A DNA stretch of 32,812 bases from Candidatus Micrarchaeota archaeon (GTDB taxonomy: Archaea > Micrarchaeota > Micrarchaeia > Micrarchaeales > CABMGC01), in the NCBI GenBank assembly GCA_021791075.1, contig JAJYXH010000087.1, positions 1 through 32,812 on the forward strand, written 5' to 3'. Shown one piece after another: positions 7,719-16,734 of the stretch (positions are counted from its first letter, which is position 1; each line of letters begins with the position of its first letter). The notes beneath the pieces were generated by a model. The model was not told the DNA's origin and did no database searches. It saw only the letters and a list, made by a program, of their open reading frames with translations. A program made the translations under genes and the position numbers.

Positions 7719-7766
7719 ACCGTCAAGGCCCATGCCGCTTATTAATTTATATTGTGAATTATCTTC

Positions 7767-8294
7767 ATGCCGTTCAGTTTCAGAGGGGACCTCATACTGC
7801 CCGACCATATCAGGAAGAGTTTGGGAAAGGTATTCGGGAAGTTGATACAGACCAGGGACCTGGGGGTGAACATCGAGGAAGGTGACAGGATATTCGCGGT
7901 AGGCGATATCGTAGTCGGCACCCTGCTGAAGGAAGGCTTCACGCCGTCTGTAGCGATATTCGACAACCGGACCGCGAGAGGCAGAATATCCGTATCTGCG
8001 ATAAGGAGGAGATTCAGGAGTCCATTGAAGGCGAGGAACAGGCCGGGAAGCATAAGCAGGGAACTCTGGAATGCCGTGGATACTGCCAGTAAGTCGAGCA
8101 GGCCGGTAGGCATACGCGTTTATGGCGAAGAGGATCTCGCCTCGCTGGCGTGCATTCACTTTGCGCCTATGAACTCGATAGTGGTCTACGGGATACGTGG
8201 GAGGGGAATCGATATAATAAGGGTGCGGCCGGGCATAAAGCGCTTTGCCGAGAGGGTTCTCAGGCAGATGAGGGATGAGTCTGGTGGGAACTAA
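7767..8294 (+). CDS. DUF359-family protein, archaeal GTP-dependent dephospho-CoA kinase type
   Basis: 175 aa. The motifs AVGDIVVGTLLKEGFTPSVAIFDNRTARG and YGEEDLASLACIHFAPMNSIVVYG match the conserved GD-V...P-x-x-(I/V)-x-D-x-(K/R)-T-x-R and EEDL...P...V-YG blocks of DUF359. Confidence 0.75.
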   Translation: MPFSFRGDLILPDHIRKSLGKVFGKLIQTRDLGVNIEEGDRIFAVGDIVVGTLLKEGFTPSVAIFDNRTARGRISVSAIRRRFRSPLKARNRPGSISRELWNAVDTASKSSRPVGIRVYGEEDLASLACIHFAPMNSIVVYGIRGRGIDIIRVRPGIKRFAERVLRQMRDESGGN

Positions 8295-9193
8295 TCATGC
8301 CTGTTCCTCAACAGCTCCTTCTCTATCCTTAGCAGAAGGTCAAGGAGGAGTCCGCCTAGGATCGAGAGGAATCCGAGGACTATCAGCATGAATGCGATCA
8401 GCGCCCTTCCGATCTCGGTGAGCGCCCCGGTTGAGAGATAGTTGGCGAGTACGAACGCGCCTATTATCAGGCCTGCCAGTATCATTATGAGCCCGATGCT
8501 GCCGAACATGAGAAGCGGGTTGTAGTCCCTGGCAAATCTTATGGTGTGCCTTGCTATGTTCATCCCATAAATTGGTTTCGCCTTGGAGATCTTGGACACG
8601 GAGCCTACCCTCGGATGATAATTTATTGGTATATCAATCAATTTAAATCCGCGCCTGGCCAGCTCTATCTCGAAAAATAAGGTACCGGCGCGGTACGTCT
8701 CCTCTTTCCTTATCGCCTCGAACGCCTTCCTGGTCATGGCAAAGGAGCCGCTAAGTACATCATGTATCTCCTCTTTGTAGAGCCGCCTGTACAGCCATGT
8801 GAGGAACTTGTTGCCCAGGGCTATGGAGGTCGTCATGGCACCCTCATGGAGCTTGCCGAATCTGTTTCCGCTGACAAAATCGGCCCTCCCCGACCTGACC
8901 GCGCTGACCACGCGCTTGAAGTCTTCCACGGAGTAGGTTCCGTCAGGATCTATCGTGGATATGATGCTGCCATTCGCGGCGCGGAACCCGTCCATGAGCG
9001 CGTTCTCGTAGCCCGTTGACTCCTGTTTTATGACCTTCGCGCCTGTCTTTACGAGCTGCCGCCTGTTTGCCTCGCTGCTCTTGTCAACGACTATTATCTC
9101 GGCGGACCTCCCGAAGGCGCGGATAAGATCCCGAATGGTCTTCGGAGCCGTAGGCTCGTTCATTGTGGGCGCGATTATGCTGAGTGAAACCAT
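8291..9193 (-). CDS. GT2-family glycosyltransferase with a C-terminal 2-TM anchor (dolichyl-phosphate hexosyltransferase-like)
   Basis: SIIAPTMNEP, VVDKSS and DPDGTY form a GT-A/DxD-type core. The C-terminal hydrophobic helices (LLMFGSIGLIMILAGLIIGAFVL, ALIAFMLIVLGFLSILGGLLLDLLL) resemble those of Dpm1/AglK-like enzymes. ATG 9193 is preferred over the tracked GTG 9202. Confidence 0.85.
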   Translation of the reverse strand: MVSLSIIAPTMNEPTAPKTIRDLIRAFGRSAEIIVVDKSSEANRRQLVKTGAKVIKQESTGYENALMDGFRAANGSIISTIDPDGTYSVEDFKRVVSAVRSGRADFVSGNRFGKLHEGAMTTSIALGNKFLTWLYRRLYKEEIHDVLSGSFAMTRKAFEAIRKEETYRAGTLFFEIELARRGFKLIDIPINYHPRVGSVSKISKAKPIYGMNIARHTIRFARDYNPLLMFGSIGLIMILAGLIIGAFVLANYLSTGALTEIGRALIAFMLIVLGFLSILGGLLLDLLLRIEKELLRNRHD

Positions 9194-9250
9194 GGTGTAC
9201 ACTTTGGAAAGATGATTAACATAGTTATTTACCTTCTTTGTCTAGCATCT

Positions 9251-9424
9251 TTAGTATCTCAGACTAGCTTCGGGAGATCCGCTGTTGCTATTCTCTAAAT
9301 GATCCTGCATCTGTAATGCCATTGAGCCTAGAAAGTCCTGCTCTGAGTGGCCCTTTACGTACTTCTCTATTATCCCTGTACTCTCCAATATGTGCTTTAA
9401 GAATACTGACGCATCTCTTTTCAT
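9251..9424 (-). pseudogene. Truncated HEPN/DUF86 toxin remnant
   Basis: This 57-codon ORF is absent from the supplied track because it is under 60 aa: MKRDASVFLKHILESTGIIEKYVKGHSEQDFLGSMALQMQDHLENSNSGSPEASLRY. Its N-terminal ~38 aa match the start of DUF86 (KRD..FL.HIL....I..Y..G.....F). The R-x4-6-H catalytic block is missing. Other frames of the last ~60 nt read ..ADLPKLV and SEILKMLDKEGK, which look like a DUF86 C-terminus. Its ATG overlaps the MNT stop as ATGA (9421-9424). Confidence 0.55.
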
Positions 9425-9717
9425 AGGGTCCTCACCGCTTCGTCGAGCACCTCCCTTCTGATATGTGGATTTATAGAGGTGTACGTAAGTAGATCGACAT
9501 TCCTCTTAAGTATCCTTTCCGGTGCAAGTTTGAGTTTGGCAAATCCGGGTCCTTTTGGCTTATTAAACGCTACCAGTAGATCTACATCGCCCGGTCTCCT
9601 GGCTTCGCCCCAGGCATACGACCCGAATATGGCTGCTTTTTTGACATCGTTTCTCCTTAGTGTTGGGGCTATCCTGACTTTTATCTTGTTTATCTCTTCG
9701 TCTGCAGTCTTTGTCAT
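9421..9717 (-). CDS. Minimal nucleotidyltransferase (MNT), antitoxin of an MNT-HEPN pair
   Basis: 98 aa from ATG 9717 (MTKTADEE...). It has the pol-beta-superfamily signature IFGSYAWGEARRPGDVDLLV (GS...DxD). It is followed by the HEPN remnant with a 4-nt overlap. Confidence 0.8.
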   Translation of the reverse strand: MTKTADEEINKIKVRIAPTLRRNDVKKAAIFGSYAWGEARRPGDVDLLVAFNKPKGPGFAKLKLAPERILKRNVDLLTYTSINPHIRREVLDEAVRTL

Positions 9718-9953
9718 ATCAGCATCCCATTGTATTATGTGTGCCGTCCTTTCCCAAAGTCGCAGACGGCGCATATGACGATATTGTTACCGGATACGTC
9801 CGTCGTGGTCGCGATGATTAGGTACGGCGTATGAAGCACGTGATATTATTGGTGGGGATATAACTTTATATCTCTAGCTCCTGTATTAGACTTGTATCTC
9901 GGCAATCGCCAGAACAGAGTCGTGGTTGCAGTGAAAAACCGTAGGAGGATTGC

Positions 9954-10328
9954 ATGGACTGTCCATTGTGCAGGATCGACGAGAGGAAGGAGAAGATACA
10001 CCTTATCACCAGAGACATAATGATACTGGATACAAAGACGATGAAGGGTCACAAGGGAAGGGTGATGTGCCTCTACAGAAAGCACACTAAGAAGCTTTCT
10101 CCCGCGACAAGGAAGAGGGTAATGGAGGAGTTCAGGAGGTTCTGCATAACTTACTTCTTCTCGTATACTGATAGTTTTTCGATACACAGGGACGAGTTCA
10201 GCACGATACCTGGGCACTGGCATGTGGTCGCATCGGATCTGGACAAGAAGGCCGAGGACTACAGGCAGATACTCAAGACGCCGAGAACCGAGTACAGGCT
10301 CAGGATAAAGGACGTAGAAGTGAGATAG
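9954..10328 (+). CDS. Divergent HIT-like small protein
   Basis: 124 aa. An N-terminal CPLC is followed by GHKGRVMCLYRKH (compare gH.LV.PkrH of HIT proteins) and a degenerate histidine-triad-like GHWHVVA. It ends 2 nt before the ALDH start. The family call is tentative. Confidence 0.45.
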   Translation: MDCPLCRIDERKEKIHLITRDIMILDTKTMKGHKGRVMCLYRKHTKKLSPATRKRVMEEFRRFCITYFFSYTDSFSIHRDEFSTIPGHWHVVASDLDKKAEDYRQILKTPRTEYRLRIKDVEVR

Positions 10329-10330
10329 CC

Positions 10331-11695
10331 ATGCGGATAATATCGCGGAACCCCGCAACCGAGGAAGTGAACAAGGAGTTCGAGCCGCTTACTGCGGAGC
10401 AGTCGCTGGAGATATGCAAGTCGGTCAAGGGGGCATTCACCGCATGGAGGGATCTGGGAATAGACCGGAGGACTGCTCTGCTCAGGAACCTCGGAAAGGT
10501 CTTCGAGTCGAGGAAGGAGGAGTACGCCAGGCTCATGGGCATCGAGATGGGAAGGACGAACGGCCAGGCGCTCTCCGAGATAGCGACGTGCGTGAAGCTC
10601 TGCAACTACTTCGCGGACAACAGCAAGGGATGGCTCCAGGACGAGGAGGTAAAGACAGAGTACCAGAAGAGCTATGTCGCATTCGAGCCTCTTGGAGTGG
10701 TCCTCGCGGTGATGCCGTGGAACTATCCGTTTACGCAGGTGATACGTTGCGCTGCTCCGGCAATGGTGGTAGGCAACACCGTAGTGCTTAGGCACTCGAA
10801 CATGGTGCCGATGTGCGCCATGGCGCTTGAGGATGCATTCAGGGAAGCCGGGTTCCCTGAGAACACTTTCAGGACGATCATAACAGAGCACGACGTCGTG
10901 CCGAAGCTTGTGCGGAGCAGGTACATAGATGCGGTCTCGGTGACCAGCGGATTCGACGCGGGAAAGGCCATGGCGAAGCTCGCCGCGGCCAACATAAAGA
11001 AGATCGTGCTGGAGCTCGGCGGATCCAATCCGTTCGTAGTGCTTTCCGATGCAGATCTGGATCTTGCAGCGAAGAAGGCCGTGGAGACAAGAATCGCATC
11101 CACTGGGCAGAGCTGCTCCGCTTCAAAGAGGTTTATCGTGGTGCGCGAGGTCGCTGATGATTTCAGCAGGAAGGTGATCGAGAACACGAAGGGTCTCGTT
11201 GTCGGGGATCCGCTTGATCCAAAGACGCAGATAGGTCCTCTGGCCAACATGGAGCAGCTCCAGAAGCTAGATGCGCAGGTGAAGGATGCGATTGAGAAGG
11301 GGGCGAAGGTTGAGTGCGGCGGAGGCAGGCTTGGAAGCAGGGGCTTCTTCTACCAGCCCACTGTGCTCACAGAAGTGAAGAAGAACATGAAGGTCATGAC
11401 CGAGGAGGTCTTCGGCCCGGTCATACCGATAATAAGGGTCAAGGGAGAGGATGATGCGATAAAACTGGCTAACGGCACGGAGTACGGGCTGGGGGCAAGC
11501 GTATGGACCAGGGATTTGCAGAAGGGTGAGAGGATCGCCAGGATTATGGAGTCGGGAATGGCGTGCGTGAACAGAGGGGCAAATTCCGATTACAGGTTCC
11601 CGTTCGGGGGGATCAAGAAGAGCGGCATGGGCAGGGAGTTCTCCAAGTACAGCCTGCTCGAATTCGCCAACATCAAGGCCATCATAGTCGCCTGA
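10331..11695 (+). CDS. NAD(P)+-dependent aldehyde dehydrogenase (succinate-semialdehyde dehydrogenase-like)
   Basis: 454 aa. It has SRNPATEE at the N-terminus, LELGGSNPFVV (the catalytic Glu region), a catalytic Cys context (TGQSCSASKRF), EEVFGPV and EYGLGASVWT. Confidence 0.9.
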   Translation: MRIISRNPATEEVNKEFEPLTAEQSLEICKSVKGAFTAWRDLGIDRRTALLRNLGKVFESRKEEYARLMGIEMGRTNGQALSEIATCVKLCNYFADNSKGWLQDEEVKTEYQKSYVAFEPLGVVLAVMPWNYPFTQVIRCAAPAMVVGNTVVLRHSNMVPMCAMALEDAFREAGFPENTFRTIITEHDVVPKLVRSRYIDAVSVTSGFDAGKAMAKLAAANIKKIVLELGGSNPFVVLSDADLDLAAKKAVETRIASTGQSCSASKRFIVVREVADDFSRKVIENTKGLVVGDPLDPKTQIGPLANMEQLQKLDAQVKDAIEKGAKVECGGGRLGSRGFFYQPTVLTEVKKNMKVMTEEVFGPVIPIIRVKGEDDAIKLANGTEYGLGASVWTRDLQKGERIARIMESGMACVNRGANSDYRFPFGGIKKSGMGREFSKYSLLEFANIKAIIVA

Positions 11696-11707
11696 ACGGA
11701 CGCTGCG

Positions 11708-12667
11708 CTACCACTTTCCAGTCATGATCCCGTTTATCGAGTTCTCTATCGCCTTTCTCGAGTTCATCGATGGCAGGAACCCTTCCTTCTTTATCTTCTC
11801 AACGCTTATCGAGGTGTCGGCTATGTCCCCTTTCCATCCACCCTGGCTTCCGGTGTACCGTATATTGGCCCCCGGAGCTGCCTTCGCGACTATCATCTCT
11901 GCTATCTCCCTTACACTTATCCTGTCATCATTGCCGAGGTTGTATATGTTCTCCCCTGACTTTGACTTTGTCATTATGAGGATCATACCGTTCATGCAAT
12001 CGTTAATGTTCAGGTAGGACTTGGTCTGGTTCCCGTCTCCAAGAACCTCGAGCTCCTTGCTGTTGGCACCGATCTTTCTCATCAGGTCAGGCACCACACC
12101 CCTTGACTGGTTCTTCCCTATTATGTTTGCGTACCTGAAGATGTAGTAGTTCATCCCGAAGAGGTACGAGAATGCCATTATCTCGGTCTCGGCGCTGGCC
12201 TTCGACGCCCCGTATAGGGATATCGGCCTGCTTGGCAGGTCCTCCGGAGCGGGCTTTATCTTTGCAAGCCCGTACACGACGCTTGAAGAGGAGTATGCAA
12301 TGTTCTTTACGTCGCACTTCCTAGCTTCCTCAAGCACGTTGTATGTGGCTATGGTTCCCTGATTCAGGTCCACCGTAGTATCATTGGTCCCCTTCTGTAT
12401 GTCCCCGTTTGCGGCAAGATGGATGATCGTTGTCACTCCCTTTCCCTTCATGGCCTTTGAGAGGGCATCTTTGTCAAGGACATCGCCTTTCACGAACTCG
12501 AAGTTCTTGTTCCCAATAAGATGCTGGATGTACTCTTGCCTGCCGGTGTTGAGATTATCGTATACTATGACGCGCGCGCCCTCGTTTATGAGCCTCTCCG
12601 AGAGATTGCTGCCTATGAATCCGGATCCCCCGGTTATGAAGAAGGTCTGTCCCTTGATGCTATCCAT
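11708..12667 (-). CDS. Extended-SDR NAD-dependent sugar epimerase/dehydratase (UDP-glucose 4-epimerase-like)
   Basis: It has a Rossmann motif (FFITGGSGFIGSNL) and the catalytic YGASKASAE (YxxxK). Length 319 aa. Confidence 0.88.
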   Translation of the reverse strand: MDSIKGQTFFITGGSGFIGSNLSERLINEGARVIVYDNLNTGRQEYIQHLIGNKNFEFVKGDVLDKDALSKAMKGKGVTTIIHLAANGDIQKGTNDTTVDLNQGTIATYNVLEEARKCDVKNIAYSSSSVVYGLAKIKPAPEDLPSRPISLYGASKASAETEIMAFSYLFGMNYYIFRYANIIGKNQSRGVVPDLMRKIGANSKELEVLGDGNQTKSYLNINDCMNGMILIMTKSKSGENIYNLGNDDRISVREIAEMIVAKAAPGANIRYTGSQGGWKGDIADTSISVEKIKKEGFLPSMNSRKAIENSINGIMTGKW

Positions 12668-12682
12668 TTTATCAACTCCTGT

Positions 12683-13315
12683 CTAATTGACTTTCGATTT
12701 TATAACCCTTATGACGCGCCTTTCCTCTCTATCGGAAAGCGACCTTATCAGCTCAGCTGCATTGAGCACATTGCCGACGGAGAAGTCCGGTTTGGCTTCG
12801 AAGACGCCATCCTTCCCTGCAAGGCCGGTCTTCACCAGTACTGACCGGAATCCCGGGTATCTTCCAGCCGCATTCTTCCCAGTCCTTATGTCAGTCGTGG
12901 AGTCCCCGACGATAAAGGACCTTGACATGTCTATCCCGAATCTCTTCTTTGCCTTCTCAAGCATTCCTATCTTGGGCTTTCTGCACGAGCATATTATCTT
13001 GTACCTTGCGATCTCACCTGGGAATCCCTTCTCTGGATGGTGCGGGCAGTAGTACACCCAGTCTATGACGGCGCCCTTCTTTGCGAGATCGTCGATTATC
13101 TTCTTGTTGATACGCCTTACCGTCCTCTCAGTGCAGAATCCCTTTGCTATCTGGGGCTGGTTTGTCACTATTATGACGAGAAAACCCGATTCCTTGAGCA
13201 TCTTCACCGCCTTGGCCGTTGATGCGAATATCTTCAACTTCTTCATATTGCACATGTTCGGAACGTTCTTTATCACCACCCCGTCCCTGTCAAGAAATAC
13301 CGCTGGACTTTTCAT
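12683..13315 (-). CDS. gmhB: D-glycero-D-manno-heptose 1,7-bisphosphate phosphatase-like HAD hydrolase
   Basis: AVFLDRDGVV (the HAD nucleophile motif), VTNQPQIAKG, YYCPHHPE...CSCRKPKIGML (a GmhB-type Zn/Cys loop) and FIVGDSTTDIRTGKNAG. The start is set at ATG 13315 and overlaps the upstream GT stop as ATGA. It has a C-terminal extension of about 50 aa. Confidence 0.8.
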   Translation of the reverse strand: MKSPAVFLDRDGVVIKNVPNMCNMKKLKIFASTAKAVKMLKESGFLVIIVTNQPQIAKGFCTERTVRRINKKIIDDLAKKGAVIDWVYYCPHHPEKGFPGEIARYKIICSCRKPKIGMLEKAKKRFGIDMSRSFIVGDSTTDIRTGKNAAGRYPGFRSVLVKTGLAGKDGVFEAKPDFSVGNVLNAAELIRSLSDREERRVIRVIKSKVN

Positions 13316-14307
13316 GATTCTCCAATCCCCGATAGCCGTGCTATCTCCTCCTTTCTTACCCTGTGCGGCTGCCATCTTCCTTTCACTGCATCACTTGTTA
13401 TCTCATATCCTATCTCGTATCCGCAGTTCCTGTTCAACGTGGCAATCCTCGTGAGCACGTCGGATATCCTCGTCCTTAACCTGAGAATCCCGAGATCAAC
13501 ATCGTAGAATCTGGAGACGTAGTATGAGAAGATGACGTCGCTTATCAGAAGCTCGGTAGACATAGTCCTGCTTGCCGATTCGCCAAGAGGGTGGAAGACC
13601 TTCCCCCTGTCGAACCAGACGGCATCGAACTTCCTGTTTATCACCTCCAGCGCCGCTGCTTGCTCGTTCCTGCTTATAACCCGTGAGTATCCAGGAAACT
13701 TGAATCCGTGAAGGGCATCGCACTTCCAGCTCATGTTGACCCCGTGCTGCTTGAACGTCTTGATCATATTATGTCTTCTTCCAGTATCGACGAGCATTCC
13801 GGATCTCCCTATGTACATACTATAGCCCTTGAACCTCTCGTCTATGGGCCCGTCTATCAGCCGAAAGTCGTTCATGCGCCATTTCTGCCCATTGATGAAT
13901 GTGGCCGCTCGCGACAATTTCCTCCCGTCAGGATATGTGCTCTGGTCCACCATGCCGGTTGCTATCCCCACGTTCTGGTGCTTTATGTGGAAGTCGACGT
14001 GGTCGCTGATCCAGTTCCTGGACGCGTAAGCATCGTCATCGGTGTGTATCACCACGTCGCCGTCGGCCTTGTTGTAAGAGACGTTCATCGCCTCTTCGAA
14101 GAATCCTTCGGGCTGCCTGACGAAGTCTATGTCAAGGTCGTACTCCCTCAGCGGATCGAGCTTCTGTTTGTATCCGTCCCACGGCTTGTATATCACCATG
14201 ACGCTGAAGTCCTTGTAGCTCTGCGACTCAAGGCTCTTCATAAGTTTGTTGATCGAGTCTCTGGTCTTGTACGTTGGCACTACTACAGTCACATGCAAGC
14301 GAAGCAC
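13312..14307 (-). CDS. GT2-like (GT-A fold) glycosyltransferase
   Basis: VVVPTYKTRDSINKLMKSLESQSYKDFSVMVIY and a later HTDDDAY (DxD) motif. 331 aa with no TM segment. Confidence 0.75.
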   Translation of the reverse strand: MLRLHVTVVVPTYKTRDSINKLMKSLESQSYKDFSVMVIYKPWDGYKQKLDPLREYDLDIDFVRQPEGFFEEAMNVSYNKADGDVVIHTDDDAYASRNWISDHVDFHIKHQNVGIATGMVDQSTYPDGRKLSRAATFINGQKWRMNDFRLIDGPIDERFKGYSMYIGRSGMLVDTGRRHNMIKTFKQHGVNMSWKCDALHGFKFPGYSRVISRNEQAAALEVINRKFDAVWFDRGKVFHPLGESASRTMSTELLISDVIFSYYVSRFYDVDLGILRLRTRISDVLTRIATLNRNCGYEIGYEITSDAVKGRWQPHRVRKEEIARLSGIGES

Positions 14308-14341
14308 CGTTCTTTTATCGAAGATAATATGCTACGAATCC

Positions 14342-14349
14342 TTATAAAG
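14342..14349 (+). promoter_or_regulatory. TATA-like box (TTATAAAG) upstream of the GT gene at 14387
   Basis: It lies in the 79-nt divergent intergenic region and ends 38 nt upstream of the GTG start. Confidence 0.35.
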
Positions 14350-14386
14350 TCTCATTGCATAGAAGATTAAGAGACGTGATGCTAAG

Positions 14387-15544
14387 GTGAAGGTAGCGCT
14401 GATAACCCCCGCCGACATAAGGTACTCCTACAGGAGTAGCGAGCGGCACATCTACGACTATACAAAGTACCTTCATGAGCACGGGATTGATGCTGAGGTG
14501 CTTGTGCCAGACAAGAAGCCAAAGGGGGCAACGGAGAGGAAGGATTATGCGTACATAAAAGAGCGCTTCAAGAATGTTCCGAAACAGAATGTAGGATGCG
14601 TTCACCTAAAGTTCCCGTTCAACTTCAATCTCTTTGCCTATTCAAGGCTGCCGAGGGACAGGATGGTATACTTCCCGTACAGCATCTACGACTACGTATG
14701 GAATATCGTAACGAAACCGAAGGGGCAGAGATACCTCATCGCGGCGTACAGTATGCACATCAAGCATGGCCACATCGTGGAGAATCATAGGATCCTGGAG
14801 TGGATACTGAACAGTTTCATGCGCGCAATCCTTACAACAAGGGAGGCAAGGAGGAACATTTACCACCATGTGATAACCAGGGAGGCGGGAAGGTATCTGG
14901 AGTCTCTGGGAATACCAAGGATGAACATCTTCTTCGTGCCGACGTTTGTTGACTCGCGTTTTTACACACTGGCCTCGAACAAGACCAGGAAGCTGAGAGT
15001 CTTGCACATAGGGGGGGTGAACAAGGATGTAAGCATAATGGTGGATATCATAAAGAGGCTCAAGCAGAGTGGCGATTACGGAAACTTTGAGTTCTACTTC
15101 ATCGGTGACGCCCAGGATCCGTGGCTACTGGACGCTGAGAAGACAGACAGTAATATACATTGCCTCAAAGGGGTCACCGACGCGGAGAAGTTCAGGATGA
15201 TGGCCACCCTAGATGTGATAATCGTACCGGCTGTGGAGACATTCTCTAGGATCATGCTCGAGGGGATGTCGAGTGGCCTGTACGTCATAGGATCAAGCAA
15301 GAATCCGGCGACATGGGAGGTTAGGGAGACCGGCGCGAAGCTCTACATAGCCGAACATGGAAACGCGGGAGAGTACATCAAGTTTCTGAGAGAGCTGTAC
15401 AGGCTCAAGGCGAGGCCTCGCGACTTCCATTCCGGAAGGGTAACAAACCAGAACATAGCCAGGAAGAGGTTCGACACAAAGATAATACTTAAGCAGATGA
15501 TGCAGATGTTCATCAGGGCTGGTAGCGATGGTAAGGATAGTTGA
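14387..15544 (+). CDS. Divergent GT-B (GT4-like) glycosyltransferase, paralog of 27806..28984
   Basis: GTG start. The C-terminal block ETFSRIMLEGMSSGLYVIGS resembles the GT4 E-x7-E region. It is clearly alignable along its length with the ORF at 27806..28984 (DIRY...ER..Y...K.L.E.GID...LVPDK; SIYDY...KPKGQ.Y). Confidence 0.72.
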   Translation: MKVALITPADIRYSYRSSERHIYDYTKYLHEHGIDAEVLVPDKKPKGATERKDYAYIKERFKNVPKQNVGCVHLKFPFNFNLFAYSRLPRDRMVYFPYSIYDYVWNIVTKPKGQRYLIAAYSMHIKHGHIVENHRILEWILNSFMRAILTTREARRNIYHHVITREAGRYLESLGIPRMNIFFVPTFVDSRFYTLASNKTRKLRVLHIGGVNKDVSIMVDIIKRLKQSGDYGNFEFYFIGDAQDPWLLDAEKTDSNIHCLKGVTDAEKFRMMATLDVIIVPAVETFSRIMLEGMSSGLYVIGSSKNPATWEVRETGAKLYIAEHGNAGEYIKFLRELYRLKARPRDFHSGRVTNQNIARKRFDTKIILKQMMQMFIRAGSDGKDS

Positions 15545-16706
15545 TCTTGTTGGGGGAAATCCATACCATTCCCATGGCGGTGGGGAGATGGTGATCTACA
15601 ACACTAACAAGTGGCTGCTTAAGAAGGGATTTGAGATAATCACCGTATGCTTTGCAGACAAGGACTTCGTGATTGAAAAGACTGAGATGGGGAAGATAAT
15701 TGGGATAAAGGTGCCGCGGAACGAACTTCTGAGGATCATCGTCTATTCGATAAAGGGATCCCGACTCGTGAAGAGACTCAACCCAGACATACTGATAGGC
15801 GAGGGAGGGGGAAACATGGGTGCAGGCATACTGGCAGCACTTACGAGAAGGAAGGGCACAGTTTACATAGCCAGGTCGCACGGGACGCACATGCAACTAA
15901 TATTGTCCATGACCAGAAAGAACCTGCACATGAGGATCTTGGGTAGATTGATGGCAGAGATCATAGAGAGGTACAGTTACACTCTTGCCGACTACATAAT
16001 AGCGGTTTCCAGGTCTACGAAGAAAGAGCTCATCAAACACTACAGAATAAGACGGGAAAAGATCAGAGTTATTCATAATGGAGTAGACACTGAAAAGTAC
16101 AGGCCGCTCGCGAAGGGCAAGAGGGCAGCCCTCAGGAGGAGGCTCGGATTCAGGGACGGGGCGACGCAGATCCTCTACATAGGGCTTGATCCTTTCAGAA
16201 AAGGGCTTGATGTTGCTGTCAGGGCAGTTGACCTGTTGGGCGAGAACGCCGTGCTTAACGTGATAGGGACTACCGAGGAGGAGGGAAGGAAATTTGTCAG
16301 GGATGAGGGGATAGACGAAGGCATACTCAATAAGATAAACTTCGTGGGCAGGGTTGATGAATATGAGAAGATAAGGTACTATCAAGCTTCTGACTTGTTC
16401 CTCTTCCCAAGCAGGTATGAGGGCATAGCGCTCGTTGCGCTGGAGGCGCTGAGCTGCGGGCTTCCCGCTGTCGTCTCAGGGAGGGTGCATGCGGACGAGC
16501 TTGCCAGACCTGGAGAGGGTCTCTTCGTAGTGCCTGGTTTCGACCCTAAGGACTATGCTGACAAGATATGCGACATTATTTCAAAAGTGCATAAGACTGA
16601 TGCCCTTAGTGCCAGAGCTAGGAAGTCGATGCTAAAGTACGACTGGAGGCTGGTTTCGGAAAGGTACTATAGGGCAATATCTGAAGTCGTCAGGAGAGGG
16701 GATTGA
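15528..16706 (+). CDS. GT4-family glycosyltransferase
   Basis: It has a typical Glycos_transf_1 C-terminal domain (LFLFPSRYEGIALVALEALSCGLPAVVS). Its start overlaps the end of the upstream GT by 17 nt. Confidence 0.9.
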   Translation: MVRIVDLVGGNPYHSHGGGEMVIYNTNKWLLKKGFEIITVCFADKDFVIEKTEMGKIIGIKVPRNELLRIIVYSIKGSRLVKRLNPDILIGEGGGNMGAGILAALTRRKGTVYIARSHGTHMQLILSMTRKNLHMRILGRLMAEIIERYSYTLADYIIAVSRSTKKELIKHYRIRREKIRVIHNGVDTEKYRPLAKGKRAALRRRLGFRDGATQILYIGLDPFRKGLDVAVRAVDLLGENAVLNVIGTTEEEGRKFVRDEGIDEGILNKINFVGRVDEYEKIRYYQASDLFLFPSRYEGIALVALEALSCGLPAVVSGRVHADELARPGEGLFVVPGFDPKDYADKICDIISKVHKTDALSARARKSMLKYDWRLVSERYYRAISEVVRRGD

Positions 16707-16734
16707 GAAGGTGCATTATCTCCCGTCTTTGAGC

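Noticed and set aside
9846-10358. 170-aa minus-strand ORF antisense to the HIT-like gene, and the 210-aa ORF 10259..10891 antisense to the ALDH
   Set aside because: They are antisense shadows of better-supported genes and contain no motifs.
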